DNA of 64,000 nucleotides from Octopus sinensis (taxonomy: Eukaryota). Below, piece after piece: positions 13,163 to 25,885 of the stretch. A program made the position numbers and the translations under genes. Each line of letters begins with the position of its first letter. Position 1 is the first letter of the stretch. The notes under the pieces are model-generated. The model worked only from the letters and a program-made list of their open reading frames with translations, was not told where the DNA came from and did not search any database. The stretch lies in NCBI RefSeq assembly GCF_006345805.1, contig NC_042997.1, positions 118,172,001 through 118,236,000 on the forward strand. Reading direction: 5' to 3'.

Positions 13163-13592
13163 AGTTACGCACTGGGGTCGATGTAACCGACTTAATCTCT
13201 TTGTCTGTCCTTGTTTGTCTTCTCTGTGTTTAGCCCATTGTGGGTAGTAAAGAAATAGCTATTTCGTCTGTCTTTACGTTCTGAGTTCAAATTCTGCCTT
13301 TCATTTTTTCGGGGTTGATTAAATAAGTACCAGTTACGCACTGGGGTCGATGTAATCGACTTAATCTCTTTGTCCTTGTTTGTCCTCTCTGTGTTTAACC
13401 CCTTGTGGGTAGTAAAGAAATAGGTATTTTGTCTGCCGCTACGTTCTGAGTTCAAATTCCGCTGAGATCGACTTTGCCTTTCTTCCTTTCGGGGTCGATT
13501 ACATAAGTACCAGTTAAGCACTGGGGTCGATGTAATCGACTTAATCTCTTTGTCTGTCCTTGTTTGTCCTCTCTATGTTTAACCCCTTGTGG
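13163..13592 (+). mobile_element. SINE family A tandem trimer; an opposite-strand copy lies at about 12996-13148
   Basis: Three head-to-tail units of about 165-185 bp, joined at aaagaaata|g(g/c)tattt. Confidence 0.85.
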
Positions 13593-14762
13593 AGTTAATA
13601 ATGGAATAAATATAAACACACGCATAAGTGAAGTCTTTAGTTAAGTAACACTAATACTTTTCGAAATTAGAAAATTTTTTTTGTAATCGTTTATCTTGGG
13701 CCATTTTATGTGCTATTACAGGCAAGATGGCTGAATCCTTAGCAAGTGGGTTAAAATTCTTAGCGGCATTTCTTCCGGCTCTTCATGTTCTTGATTACAA
13801 AATCTGCCGAGGTTTTGTTTTTCATCCCTTCGGATTCGATAAAATAAAGTACAAAACGAGTACTGGGGTTCTTGCAATCGATTTGTCCTTGCTTCTCAAC
13901 GTAAATTGTTGGCCTTGAATTCTGTAACGGACCGTGTCGCGTTGAGTGGTATTGTTGCGATCTGGGTCACTTAAACGCCAGGGAAACCAGGTTACTGCCC
14001 TTATGAGTCCTAGAACTAAAGACAAATGAAACTAATAGGACACCAAGCGATTGAAGAGATTATCTCTAAAGTCGCCTGATACAAAATCTATATATAAATA
14101 CACACAAACGTTCAAAATATAGCAATATCGATACTGAACACGCTTGTCTTACGAGAAAACCAGTTTTACCAAGAGATAAGTAGATTATGATCTTTTATCG
14201 ATCTTATTGATCTGCGATCAATGAAAAACATAGTGAAATGACCCAGTAATGATTAAGCACAGCAGAATTTGAAATCGGGATTGACGGAATCATTAGAGCA
14301 TATCATAAACGTTTTGCAGTACTTGTTCTTGTTCTGTATCAATCGTGGTCAACTTTGCATTTGATCCTTCTTGAGTCGACAAACTTAATTACCAATCACG
14401 GATTAGAATCAATTTAATTGACAAACCCATTTCCCAAAAATGTTTGACCCTTTAACTCTACTACAACCAATTATTAGTATGGAAATAAATTTAAATATTA
14501 TATTACTATAAAATCGCTTCATTCCGATTTAAACAGAAATCATGTAAACACATTCTTTATACATTACTGATGAGTGGAAAATGAGGAGGGAGTCTCTTGC
14601 TGGACATTTGACGGACTGTCGGCTGCTCTTCAGGGAAGACATACCTCGCTTTCTTTCCCAATGAGTAACATAGATCTGTTTCTGATAAAGAACTCATGAT
14701 TTAGGTTTGTATCAAGGAGAGATAGAAAAATTTGCATAATTCTACTCATGACGGTTCGTCAT

Positions 14763-15183
14763 TACTCTTTACTCTTTCTTTTACTGGCTTCAGTCATTTG
14801 ACTGCGGTCATGCTGGAGCACCGCCTTTAGTCGAGCAAATCGCCCCCAGGACTTATTTATTATTTGTAAGCCTAGTACTTATTATATCGCTCTCTTTTGC
14901 CGAACCGCTAAGTGACAGGAACGTAAACACACCAGCATCGGTTGTCAAGCGATGTTGGGTGGGTGGGTAGGTGGGTGGGCAAACAGAGACACACAAACAC
15001 ACACACACATATATATACACATATACGTATATACGACAGGTTTCTTTCAGTTTCGTCTACCAAATCCACTCACAAGGCTTTGGTCGGCCCGAGGCTATAG
15101 TAGGAGACACTTGCCCAAGTTGTCACGCAGTGGGATTGAACCCGGAGCCATGTAGTTGGTAAGCAAGCTACTTACCACATAGC
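14763..15183 (-). mobile_element. SINE family B
   Basis: Reverse complement of the family B layout. Confidence 0.85.
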
Positions 15184-15407
15184 AAAAATCAGAAGAAATG
15201 AAATAATTTTAAATAATATAAAGCTTCACAGAATTTGCACCCAGCTTCCTTACTTCATCAATAGCAACAAACCGTAAAACAGTCTATCATGGGGTTTCTT
15301 CCCTGTTCTTTTCCCGCATCGATAGTACAGAAAGGATCTCGTTATATTCTTATTTCATCCACAGTAAGGTGTTGTAATATTTAAACTTATTTTAATTCTT
15401 CTGATTT

Positions 15408-15802
15408 ATTTCTTTATTGCCCACAGGGAGCTAAACATAGAGGGGACAAAAAAGGACAGACAAAGGGATTAAATCGACTACATAGACCCCAGTGCATAGA
15501 CCCCGAAAGGATGAAAGGCAAAGTCGACCTCGGCGGAATTTGAACTCAGAACGTAGCGGTAGACAAAATACCTATTTCTTTACTACCCACAAGGGGCTAA
15601 ACACAAAGAGGACAAAGAAGGACAGACAAACGGATTAAGTCGATTTTATCGACCCCAGTGCGTAACTGGTACTTATTTAATCGACCCCGAAAGGATGAAA
15701 GGCAAAGTCCATCTCGGCGGAATTTGAACTCAGAACGTAACGGCAGACGAAATACCGCTTGGCATTTCGCCCGGTGTGCTAACGATTCTGCCAGCTCGCC
15801 GC
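15408..15802 (-). mobile_element. SINE family A dimer
   Basis: Full head at 15802; same internal junction at 15572/15573. Confidence 0.85.
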
Positions 15803-16025
15803 CTTGTTGTGTATAAATATTGCTAAATAAATGACGAGTTGCCAAAGCAAAATTATGAAAATTTGGCAATAATTCTCACTGCTAACGTAGTCTATAACTG
15901 TTTTATAAGCAGCAGATGTATGCTACAGATTGAAAAAGAACGCTAGTAGTCTCGTCTGAGGGACGGTCAACAAGCCATGAAATACTCTTTTAGGAGACTG
16001 CGTCCTTCCTTTTTTCTCACACCAA

Positions 16026-16250
16026 TAATATATATATTTCTTTACTGCCCACAAGGGGCTAAACATAGAGGGGACAAATAAGGACAGACAAAGGGATTAT
16101 GTCGATTACATCGGCCCCAGTGTGAAACTGGTACTTTATTTATCGACCCCGAATGGATGAAAGACAAAGTCGACCTCGGCGGAATTTGAACTCAGAACGT
16201 AACGGCAGGCATTTCGCCCGGCGCGCTAACGTTTCTGCCAGCTCGCCGCC
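16026..16250 (-). mobile_element. SINE family A monomer; divergent plus-strand copy at about 16300-16500
   Basis: Matches family A head, central domain and tail. Confidence 0.8.
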
Positions 16251-17253
16251 TTCACATTCATCCCATGTTGAAGATTTGTAATATTTAAATTTATTTTAAG
16301 GCCGAAGATGGCAGACTTGTTAGTTCGCCAGCGAAATGCTTAGTGGCGTTTTGTCCATCTTAGCGTTCTGATTTCAAATTCTGCCGAAGTCGACTTTGCT
16401 TTTCATCCCGTCGATAAATTAAGTTCTAGTTAACAACAAGGTCGATATAATCGACTTACTCTTTTCTCCGAAAATGCTGGCCTTGTGCCAAAATTTGAAA
16501 CCAGTATTTAAATTTATTTTAGTTATGATTTTACATTGTTTTATGTGTAAATTGATATTCTGATGGTTTTCGTCATCATCATTTTCGTCATCATCAACAT
16601 TTACTCCTGAACAGTCAACTGAATTTAATTTCGGTGTTTCTAGAAATTCTAGTAAAAATGCTTGATTGGTGATTGAGAATGAAAATTTCTTTAATTTAAA
16701 TTTATACAAACAGAACATTCTGAATAAACTGAAATTTATTTCTCATCAATATAAAAGAGGTATTTAGGCACTTTAGACATTTTGTATTCCTCTTTGAAGA
16801 CTTCTAAACAATGACACCACCACAACAAAATGATACGTTCTCATAGGACACAGAACAAAAGGAGACACTCTAAAAACAGAAGACATTTTCAACGAAGTAC
16901 ATGAAAAATACTGTCCCTTTGTCACAACAAGAAGAACGAAGAAATATTGATATCATGAAATGACCAAGTAATCCACTTTATTAGTGATGAGGGCGTCATA
17001 TACACATTAGCTATATCGGTGTCTTCTTTTTCCAGTCTCGTTAGTAAGAGTGAAAAGTTGAATGTGTGTGACTTAACACGGAGAAGCTCAGTATGGTAGA
17101 GGTGTGTAAACAAGGGTGTTACTGTTCTTCTTGACCACGTTGTAAGGAGAGCAAGAAAGAAATAAAGGAGCATATATTTGTACCGTTGGGACACAGAGGA
17201 TTTCTTTCTATCATCGATGCAACGATTACATGCAGCGCGCTGGTCGAAGTATG

Positions 17254-17550
17254 TTCCTTCTCGAGCCATGCCTGGCTCATAAGGGCTGATTTCCAGGTTT
17301 CCTTGGCGTATAGGTTCCCCACCTGGACGGGACGCCGGTCCGTCGCAGGTGAGCTGCAAGATCCAGGAGGAAAGAGTGAGAGAAAGTTGTGGCGAAAGAG
17401 TCCGCAGAAGTTCGCCATTACCTTCTGCCGGAGCCGCGTGGATCTTAGGTGTTTCGCTCATAAACACACACATCACCCGTTCTGAGATTCGAACCCGCGA
17501 TCCCTCGATTGCGAGTCCGCTGCTCTAACCACTAGGCCGTGTGCCTCCAC
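17254..17550 (-). mobile_element. SINE family C (tRNA head, V-SINE-like domain) with 12-bp TSD
   Basis: GGTCGAAGTATG at 17242-17253 and 17551-17562; contains ctgcgacggaccggcgtcccgtccagg. Confidence 0.9.
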
Positions 17551-17607
17551 GGTCGAAGTATGGAAGAGTATTAATTCAACTGGCTGAGGTAAATGAACTT
17601 ATGGTCT

Positions 17608-17680
17608 ATATCTGGAGCATGTAACATATCTGGGGCATGCAATATATCTGGAGCATGCAACATATCTGGGGCATGCAACA
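17608..17680. repeat. 18-bp minisatellite, 4 units
   Basis: ATATCTGG(A/G)GCATG(T/C)AA(C/T) x4. Confidence 0.9.
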
Positions 17681-19705
17681 ATTTGCATGCAGCATGCAAA
17701 CAAGCGGAAAAGGTTCGATACACACCTACATGTAATATTGTATCATGGTGCATGAGAAGATGAATTATGAATGCCCAGGTCAAGGGTGTTAGTAACGACC
17801 TTGACTCTTGGTTTGTCGCTAAGGTGACCGGCATTTTGTGAGTGCTGATGTAATGAACTATGACATGTAGTTGGGTGAAGCCTTGATGGACACACAACTT
17901 ATTATCCCGAAGGCTTTACGTTCACTTCAAAATTATTCCTTGCCGTGGATCCAGAAGGAAGTAGTAGTAACCAGGAGACATGATTTGTTTTTGACTCGTC
18001 CTACCTCAGTAGATGAAAAACAAAGAGAAACTTCTTATCTTTACTTTTCTGAGTTTGAATTTTTCTACTTGTAAAGCAGTGACAACAGGAATTAGCATGA
18101 AAGGAAGTAACAAGAAAATATCAAAAGGATTTTCCAATACGAAAAGAAAAGAAAAAAAAGAAAAGATGAGATTCAAAATAAGACAAACTTAAAATGATGA
18201 CATTGAAAAAGAAAAAAAATACAGATATACATGCAAGTACAATAGTAAAACTCGAAAACACCCTATCGCACGACACAAATGAGAACACGAGTAACAGAAA
18301 ACTTTTTAACAAGTAATTCTAACAACAGTTCTTTTGCTAGCGTTACACTCCAAAGGGAGGTTTAAGCATGGGTCAAATTTAAATAAAAAAAAGTTGTTGT
18401 AGCAGTTTGGTACAAAGAATTGCGTATCCTTGTTTGAGGAATTTATACCATCATTTAAAAAGACAATAACGTATCCCTGTTAAAGGGAAACAAATGGGGC
18501 CCTATGGAGTTAAACGATGCTAAAGAAGATTCAAGTTCTTCGTATAATTCTTATACATCATGAGCACAATTTCTATCTTACATGGTCTTCATAAACCTTT
18601 CCAACTATCTATTTAAATCTCTCTCTATCACAGTCACTATCTAAATTACGATATTGTTTCTCCTTATTTTCTTCAGGTATATTGGCAGGTGGGGAACCTA
18701 TATGCCAAGGAAACCTGGAAACCGGCCCTATGAACCAGGGGGGCTCGAGAAGGAACAAACAAAAACAACATATTTATATATACATGCATAAATATATACA
18801 CACAAAATATATCTATATATACGCAAATGTAGGGCTACACAGATATAAATATTAGATATATATGTACATAAATTCCCATATACAGTCATATATGTGAAAA
18901 AATACACTAAAAAACCCCTATCAAAACTAGCATTGTAGTGAAGTTGTCAATTTACATCACAAATATACATTTTTTCTATGATTATTTGTTGCCGATACTT
19001 GAAGAAGATAAAGAGAAACAATATCGTAATTTAGACAGTGGCTGTGATAGATGGAGAGATAGATGGATAAAGAGATAGAAGGATAGATAGATAGACAGCC
19101 AGACAGATAAACAGCCAGATAGATAGTTAGTTAGATTTAGTTAGCTAGATAGATAAATAGATAGAGGGTAAGATTTATAAAGAGCATGTAAGATAGAAGC
19201 CGTGAATTTGATGTAGAGAATTATATGAAGAACTTGAATCTTACTAGGTTTCTTTGGTTCAAATGGCTGCTTCACAATTCTGACTGTGTGTGTAGTGTGT
19301 GTACACACGCATATTTAGAATGCATGGATAGAGTCACGATCAGATATATCTGTTAATCAACTCTAACCCTGTGCCTATTAATCGGATAGTCGTTATGTTT
19401 GTTACAACAAACTGGCGCGATCTGTCATTTTGGTGAAAGCTACTTCCTGTCATTCCTCTGGAAGAAGATCTCCAGTCGAAATGCCCCAACTCACCCTTCC
19501 CAATGGTACAAGGACAAATATTAGTTTATGTATTTTATTTACATGAATTGCACTGTTACAAAAATTGCCGAGATACTTGAAGTTTGTATCACAGTTCAAG
19601 CACAATTGTAAGAAAAAAAAATACAAAACAAAGAAAGACTAAACAAAACTCACACATAAAGCGCACACGCGCGCAAGCATTTGCAACACAGACGCATTCA
19701 CACGC

Positions 19706-19755
<50 letters not shown>

Positions 19756-20099
19756 CATGTTTATATATATTAAATGGAGCACCGTTTATGAATTTAAAAT
19801 TGTAACCGAAGTTACAATCATTTATGCTTAATAAAAACTTTTAGTTTAGCAGTTCTGGGGAAAATGAGCACGGACAGAAGATAAACTGATTTTACTTCAA
19901 ATTTTTATAAATTATTACAGGTATTTGATAAGGTGAGATTCATCATCGAAACCGGTAATATTTTCTTTATATAAATTTTTAAATAATTAAAAAACAAAAT
20001 TTCTTCTTAAATTGAAATGTCTTAGATTTACTTCTGTGCTATTTCCACCACCATCTTTTATATATAAAAATTGGATTTGTATAGATCTCTAAATTTTTC

Positions 20100-20140
<41 letters not shown>

Positions 20141-20430
20141 ACACACACACCACACACACATACACACACACACACACATACACACACAGGTATGCATGTA
20201 TATGAATATACGTATAGAGGTGCATGTGTATGTATATATATATATATATGTATATATATATTATATATATATAATATATATATATATATAATATATATAT
20301 ATATAGATATATATATATTATATATATATGTATATATGTATATATGTGTATATACACATATACATGCATATATATATATATTCGTTTTGCAGGATTCTTG
20401 ATGTGAATTCGTGTGTTGAAACAGATATTT

Positions 20431-20848
20431 TTGTATTTGAAGACGGTCATGTTGCCAGTTTAGCCAATAAAAACACACGCACTATATATTTGGTTTTCAC
20501 TTGCTCCAGCTTTATTTTATGTTAATCATATTTCGGACAAAGTTCTTTCGTCACACTTCTGTGACCTCATCAGTGGTCCTTTACTTTCTTCTTTCTTTTT
20601 TGTGTGTCTCTCTTTACTAATGAACTGTCATCAGGAATACAAACTGGCAGACCACTAGTAAGGAGAGACATACAAAAAAGAAAGAAAGTAAAGTACCACT
20701 GATGAGGTCACAGAAGTGTGACAAAGTGTGACAAAAGTGTGGCCGAAATACAATTAATATAAAATAAAGCTGAAGCAAGTGAACACCAAATATATAGTGC
20801 GTATGTTTTTATTGACTAAACTGGCAACATGACCGTCCCCAAATACAA
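20431..20848. mobile_element. Palindromic element (arms 20431-20622 and 20653-20848) with hammerhead-like cores
   Basis: CTGATGA-GGTCAC...GTGGCC-GAAA at 20699-20748, mirrored at 20573-20531; AATAAA follows. Stems I and III do not close. Confidence 0.6.
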
Positions 20849-21879
20849 CAATATATATATATATATATATATACATATCGTTGCTATTATGTTGAACTAT
20901 CGTATGTCCAAATTTGGCCAAATGCGTTTTCTTTTCATTATATATTTTTGTTTGTATTAGCCAGTTCTTTTGGTCAGACTATCGTAACTCCAGCTGCTTC
21001 AGATGCCAAGATATCAAAAAACGGTTTTGCTATGGAATAGTGGAACTGGTGGAACTATTTTTTCGTTTTTTGAAAAAAAAGCAGCCTTTTGGACTGATGG
21101 CACTTTTGTATAATACCAACGATGTAAATATCTATGTATATCTATATATATACATACATACATACACACACACACACACGCACGCACACACACATACACA
21201 CACACACACATATATATACATGCATGCATATATGTATATATGTATATGTATATATTCATATTCAATGCATACATATATACCTATAACATATACACACAGT
21301 CTCACAAACATACATACAACACACACACACACACACACCCACTAAAAAAATATATATGTTGCACTTTTGCAGTTCCCGTCTACTGAATTGTTATGACAAA
21401 GTATTAGACAAGATAAGGCTATGGTAGAAGACATACGTCCTAATTGCTTCGAAGCGGAACCGAACCACGAACCATAGAGATGCTAGTCCGATCCCACTGC
21501 GCCTTAGTCATACAGACGTGCCTGAGCATTTCGTTTGAAATAAGACAACCATTACAGAAATAAATAAATATATAAAAGCAACTTAAAATCACATTTTCCT
21601 TTCAGGAAAGTTTACACTTGGAAGCCAAGATGTAACATTAGGAAATATTGCACTAAATATGTATTGCACTTTCTTTCTTTTTCATGAGTGATATTTTGTA
21701 TACACACACACACATTCATATGCATATGTATGCGTGCGAATGTGCATATATATATATAGGTGTATACGAGCAGATATATGCACACATACATACACATATA
21801 TATATATATTTGCATGTATATAGACACATATAAATATGCATATGGATACGTACCTACGTATATTTATACGTATATATAC

Positions 21880-21919
<40 letters not shown>

Positions 21920-22529
21920 TATATTATATATGTATGTATACATGTATACATGTATATATTTTATGTATACATGTATATACGCACATAAGTACATGTATAC
22001 ATATGTATATTTATATATATATTATATATATATATATATAATATATATATGTATATATACATAGACACACAATCATACATGCACACATACGTATATATAT
22101 ACGAGACGTACTTCCACGTTTATACCTACGTCACCTTATCCATTCATTCAGTGTCTATATAGCATCGACTTCACGTTTATACATGACTTCGTCAATACAC
22201 AATCATGCAATGATTACACAAGCACACAACTCAAGTAGACTCCAGCATCCAACACCTACATATATATATATACAAGATATATGAAGCGTCAACAGTGGTG
22301 AATGTTGAATCTTTTCATATAGACTGACATGGAACCTGATAGAGGTTATAAATAAACCAAATACGAATGACAGACAGCATGCACGTCATTTCAATGTGTA
22401 TTTATAAGTTACATTTCTCATTTCTTCTTGTGAACAAATGTAATGGCGACTGAATATAGAGAAATAAACAGCTCTGCTATCAGACAGCCAGATTGACAAA
22501 ACTCACATTTACATACACACTCAGACACA

Positions 22530-22752
22530 TATAGATACGCTCCTTGCATACGCATGCTCACGTCTACTTACATACATAGATACATACATAGATACATACA
22601 TACATACATACATACATACATACATACATACATACATACAAACATACATACATTCATACATATATATATATATATGTGTTACATGTATATATAAACGTAT
22701 GTATTGATACATATGTAGATATACGTATACATATACATACATGCATACGTAT

Positions 22753-22784
<32 letters not shown>

Positions 22785-22857
22785 CTGTAAATTTGCATAA
22801 ATGTACTTATTTTATGCTTGTTTATGTAAGTATGTTTATGTACGCGCATCTTATGGC

Positions 22858-22902
<45 letters not shown>

Positions 22903-22989
22903 ATATGTATGCATATATATATGTGTATGTATATATATATGTATGTGTATATATATGCATATATATTTGTATATATATGTATACATATG

Positions 22990-23021
<32 letters not shown>

Positions 23022-23200
23022 CTTACATGTATATATATTTATATATATACATATATATAGACTTACATGTATATATATTTATATATATATATACATATAT
23101 ATATATGTATATATATACATACATATATATGTATGTATATATATATATATAATATATGAATACACTCGTTCATATAATAATATATACGCATATAGATAAA
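22530..23200. repeat. (TACA)n/(TA)n/(TG)n microsatellite field just 3' of the TMEM121-like stop
   Basis: Direct reading. Similar fields at about 10150-10300 (GA), 20095-20385, 21680-22060, 28300-28830, 29320-29660, 36480-36900, 41230-42220, 46360-46560, 47220-47460, 58870-59770, 63275-63410. Confidence 0.95.
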
Positions 23201-23227
23201 TATTAGCAAGTGCGGCGCTTATTTTGT

Positions 23228-24292
23228 TTATACAGAGATATTTGTTGTTTTCTTACTGACCATATCTAAGTCCTTTTCTATTACAGCTGCCACCGCTTCC
23301 ACTAAATCATCCATTTCGATTTCTTCTTTGACATCTCCTGGAATCATCTCTTTTATAACGTCTTCGTATTTTTTGACCTTGTCTTCATGTTTCGCTTCTT
23401 CGTGCACTTCCTTGTATACACTGAATATATCTGATAGCAATATTCCAATCATTAGTATATTCTTTAAAATGAAGATGGAAAATTTCTCATTAAACAGTCC
23501 CCAAAGCACCAAGCGTACGCTGATAAAAAGCAAGTTGATTAATACAATCTGAATAACTTTCTGAGTGAAAACGAGGCGTCGAAACATATTACTTGTGTGC
23601 GTGCGACCTCTGTGAATAACGACACATGGAAGTATGGGTAAAGTCAAATTAATAACAACGATTCCTAGTACTAGTCTGATAATATTTACGTGTAGGTGAT
23701 TTGCTTTTTCCTCTTCGTAAAGTAACTCCATTAAGTCCATTGTATCAAGCAAATCAATTGGTACGGTGGCCCCAACTTCGTGAATGAAATTCTTCATCTT
23801 GCGGCTGGTTGATTTGTGAACGTTTGACATAATCATGAAGAAGAATATGAGGGATGTAAAACCAACGGCTGCTTGACTTGTGCTCATACTTGTTAATGTG
23901 TTCTTTTGCCATTTTGATTTGAACTGAGGAACTGATGTAAAAATAAGGATTATCTTTAACGCTGTTACAGAACTGTAAATAAACCAGGCAAATGGCCCCC
24001 AAGGAAATAATTTCAGTTTAGTTTTATTGCTTTTCATTCCAGGCACTGGTTTCGTCCTCACCTCTTTCGTAAATATAAAGTAATGGTAGTTTCTAATGAA
24101 ATAAGTGGCAAATAAAAAGATTGCCAGGAAGTCTGGAACCAATAAACACCACCAGATATTGTTTTCTTTGTATTGAACTACAAGATAATCCATGTAAAGT
24201 GTTTGTGCAACGATCAGAAGAATGCAAAGCACCCGGGTGGAAATATGGTAGAATGATTGCCAAAAGTGCAGACAGCTTTTTCGGGTTGGCAT
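23228..24292 (-). CDS. TMEM121: TMEM121/CECR6-family multi-pass membrane protein, 354 aa from MPTRKSC; single coding exon
   Basis: Only long non-repetitive ORF. About 7 hydrophobic segments plus motifs I recognise from the family: RVLCILLIVAQ, WFIYS..ALK, DLLDT, LTLPILP, INLLFISVRLVLW, SIFILKN. A polypyrimidine tract and acceptor (minus strand tctttatttcag, AG at 24318-24317) lie 25 nt before the ATG at 24292, so the first 26 codons of the track ORF are probably intronic. Family call from recalled motifs; orthology not established. Confidence 0.8.
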   Translation of the reverse strand: MPTRKSCLHFWQSFYHISTRVLCILLIVAQTLYMDYLVVQYKENNIWWCLLVPDFLAIFLFATYFIRNYHYFIFTKEVRTKPVPGMKSNKTKLKLFPWGPFAWFIYSSVTALKIILIFTSVPQFKSKWQKNTLTSMSTSQAAVGFTSLIFFFMIMSNVHKSTSRKMKNFIHEVGATVPIDLLDTMDLMELLYEEEKANHLHVNIIRLVLGIVVINLTLPILPCVVIHRGRTHTSNMFRRLVFTQKVIQIVLINLLFISVRLVLWGLFNEKFSIFILKNILMIGILLSDIFSVYKEVHEEAKHEDKVKKYEDVIKEMIPGDVKEEIEMDDLVEAVAAVIEKDLDMVSKKTTNISV

Positions 24293-24316
24293 ATTAGTTG
24301 CAGCATTCGATGGAAG

Positions 24317-24350
24317 CTGAAATAAAGATAGAAAATAAAGATATAAAAAA
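24317..24350 (-). promoter_or_regulatory. 3' splice acceptor of the TMEM121-like coding exon
   Basis: Minus strand reads ttttttatatctttattttctatctttatttcag|cttcca: long pyrimidine tract ending in CAG. Confidence 0.7.
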
Positions 24351-24774
24351 GGTTTTAGAATAAAACAACAGGATAAAACGTAAATAAAAAGCAACAGAAA
24401 TAATGAGTTGGTAATAATGTGTGAAGTATTTGCTTGATGGTGATGAGTGTCTGGCCTAAGGATACAAGTTAAACAAAAATATTATTTTGACTGTAAACAA
24501 GATGAATTTATTTTTATAGTGAGAGACTGAGTGGCACCTATTATATTTTGAGTATTTATTTTTACATCAATCCAGAAGAACTGACGGAAAAAATAACGAC
24601 CAGGAAAAAAACAAAAAACAAAAAAAGAATAAACGCAAAGATTTCTAGTCAGAAATGTTTGACATTGAACGAACACACCGTAATACATCACATTTACTAC
24701 CCCTTCTATCATCTGCATTATCTTCCCTTATCAAGACAATAACAACAACAACGAAGACAACGACGATGACGACA

Positions 24775-25270
<496 letters not shown>

Positions 25271-25384
25271 AAAGTAATTTCTAATATCGGAACACAGTCG
25301 TACATATTTTTATTTGTTAAATAGTTGAATTTAGAGAAAGAGACATTGCCAGTGACATTTGCAGACTTTCCGAGGCCGGTGACT

Positions 25385-25885
25385 ATGTTCTACTTAAACC
25401 GTAGCAACTGCAGGAAGGGCATGTGTCGAGAGAAGAGTCCAGTGGGATGATGTTTTGGAAAGAAAGGACCGGGAATAATGGTTAGTGCGGGGACTGAGGG
25501 AGTTGGATGCACAGAATGTGACGAGAGATGGAGGCACGAGTGGGTCGGAAGTGCCTGAATGTTAGAAGTACGAGGTCAGTCAGCTCGGAGGAACTGAGGC
25601 CATTATTGTAGCGATAAAAAATACAAACAATGGTGGTAACACGCCTGCAGATAAAAGACTGGTGTATGTCCGTCAATGATTAAATTCCAGTTAGTCGAGT
25701 GATCCTTCTCTGGACGCTGTTCAAGATGTCGACGTGCGTAGCAACAGTACCATCCAAGATATAAGAACAATATTCTATTACGAGCTTTACTTGAGCCTTG
25801 TTGAGTGTCAGCTGTTATCTGGGATTGAAATATTGTATAATGAAACCAAGTAAATATCACGAAGTTCTTCAAATGATGCATCCAC
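25385..25885 (-). mobile_element. CR1/Crack-group LINE, ORF2 C-terminal remnant
   Basis: NKAQVKLVIEYCSYILDGTVATHVDILNSVQRRITRLTG, CIFYRYNNGLSSSELTDLV and PRTNHYSRSF in shifted frames. Confidence 0.85.

Noticed and set aside
13163-13592. CRISPR-like or tRNA-array appearance of regular repeats
   Set aside because: Units are SINE bodies with no unique spacers; eukaryotic context.
14565-14690. CTGATGAG motif and a possible 37-nt minus-strand exon ending at GAG|GTATGT
   Set aside because: No GAAA partner for a ribozyme; the exon has no recognisable peptide or neighbouring exons.
16922-17476. 184-aa minus-strand ORF
   Set aside because: Its first half is SINE C sequence bounded by a TSD; the ORF is a chance fusion.
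19458-19485. Hammerhead-like CTGGAAGAAGA...TCGAAA
   Set aside because: Extra base in the core, and no stem I, stem III or cleavage site.
24317-24394. N-terminal MLFIYVLSCCFILKPFLYLYFLSLFQ as a signal peptide
   Set aside because: It is the translated polypyrimidine tract of the splice acceptor and starts at a non-ATG codon.
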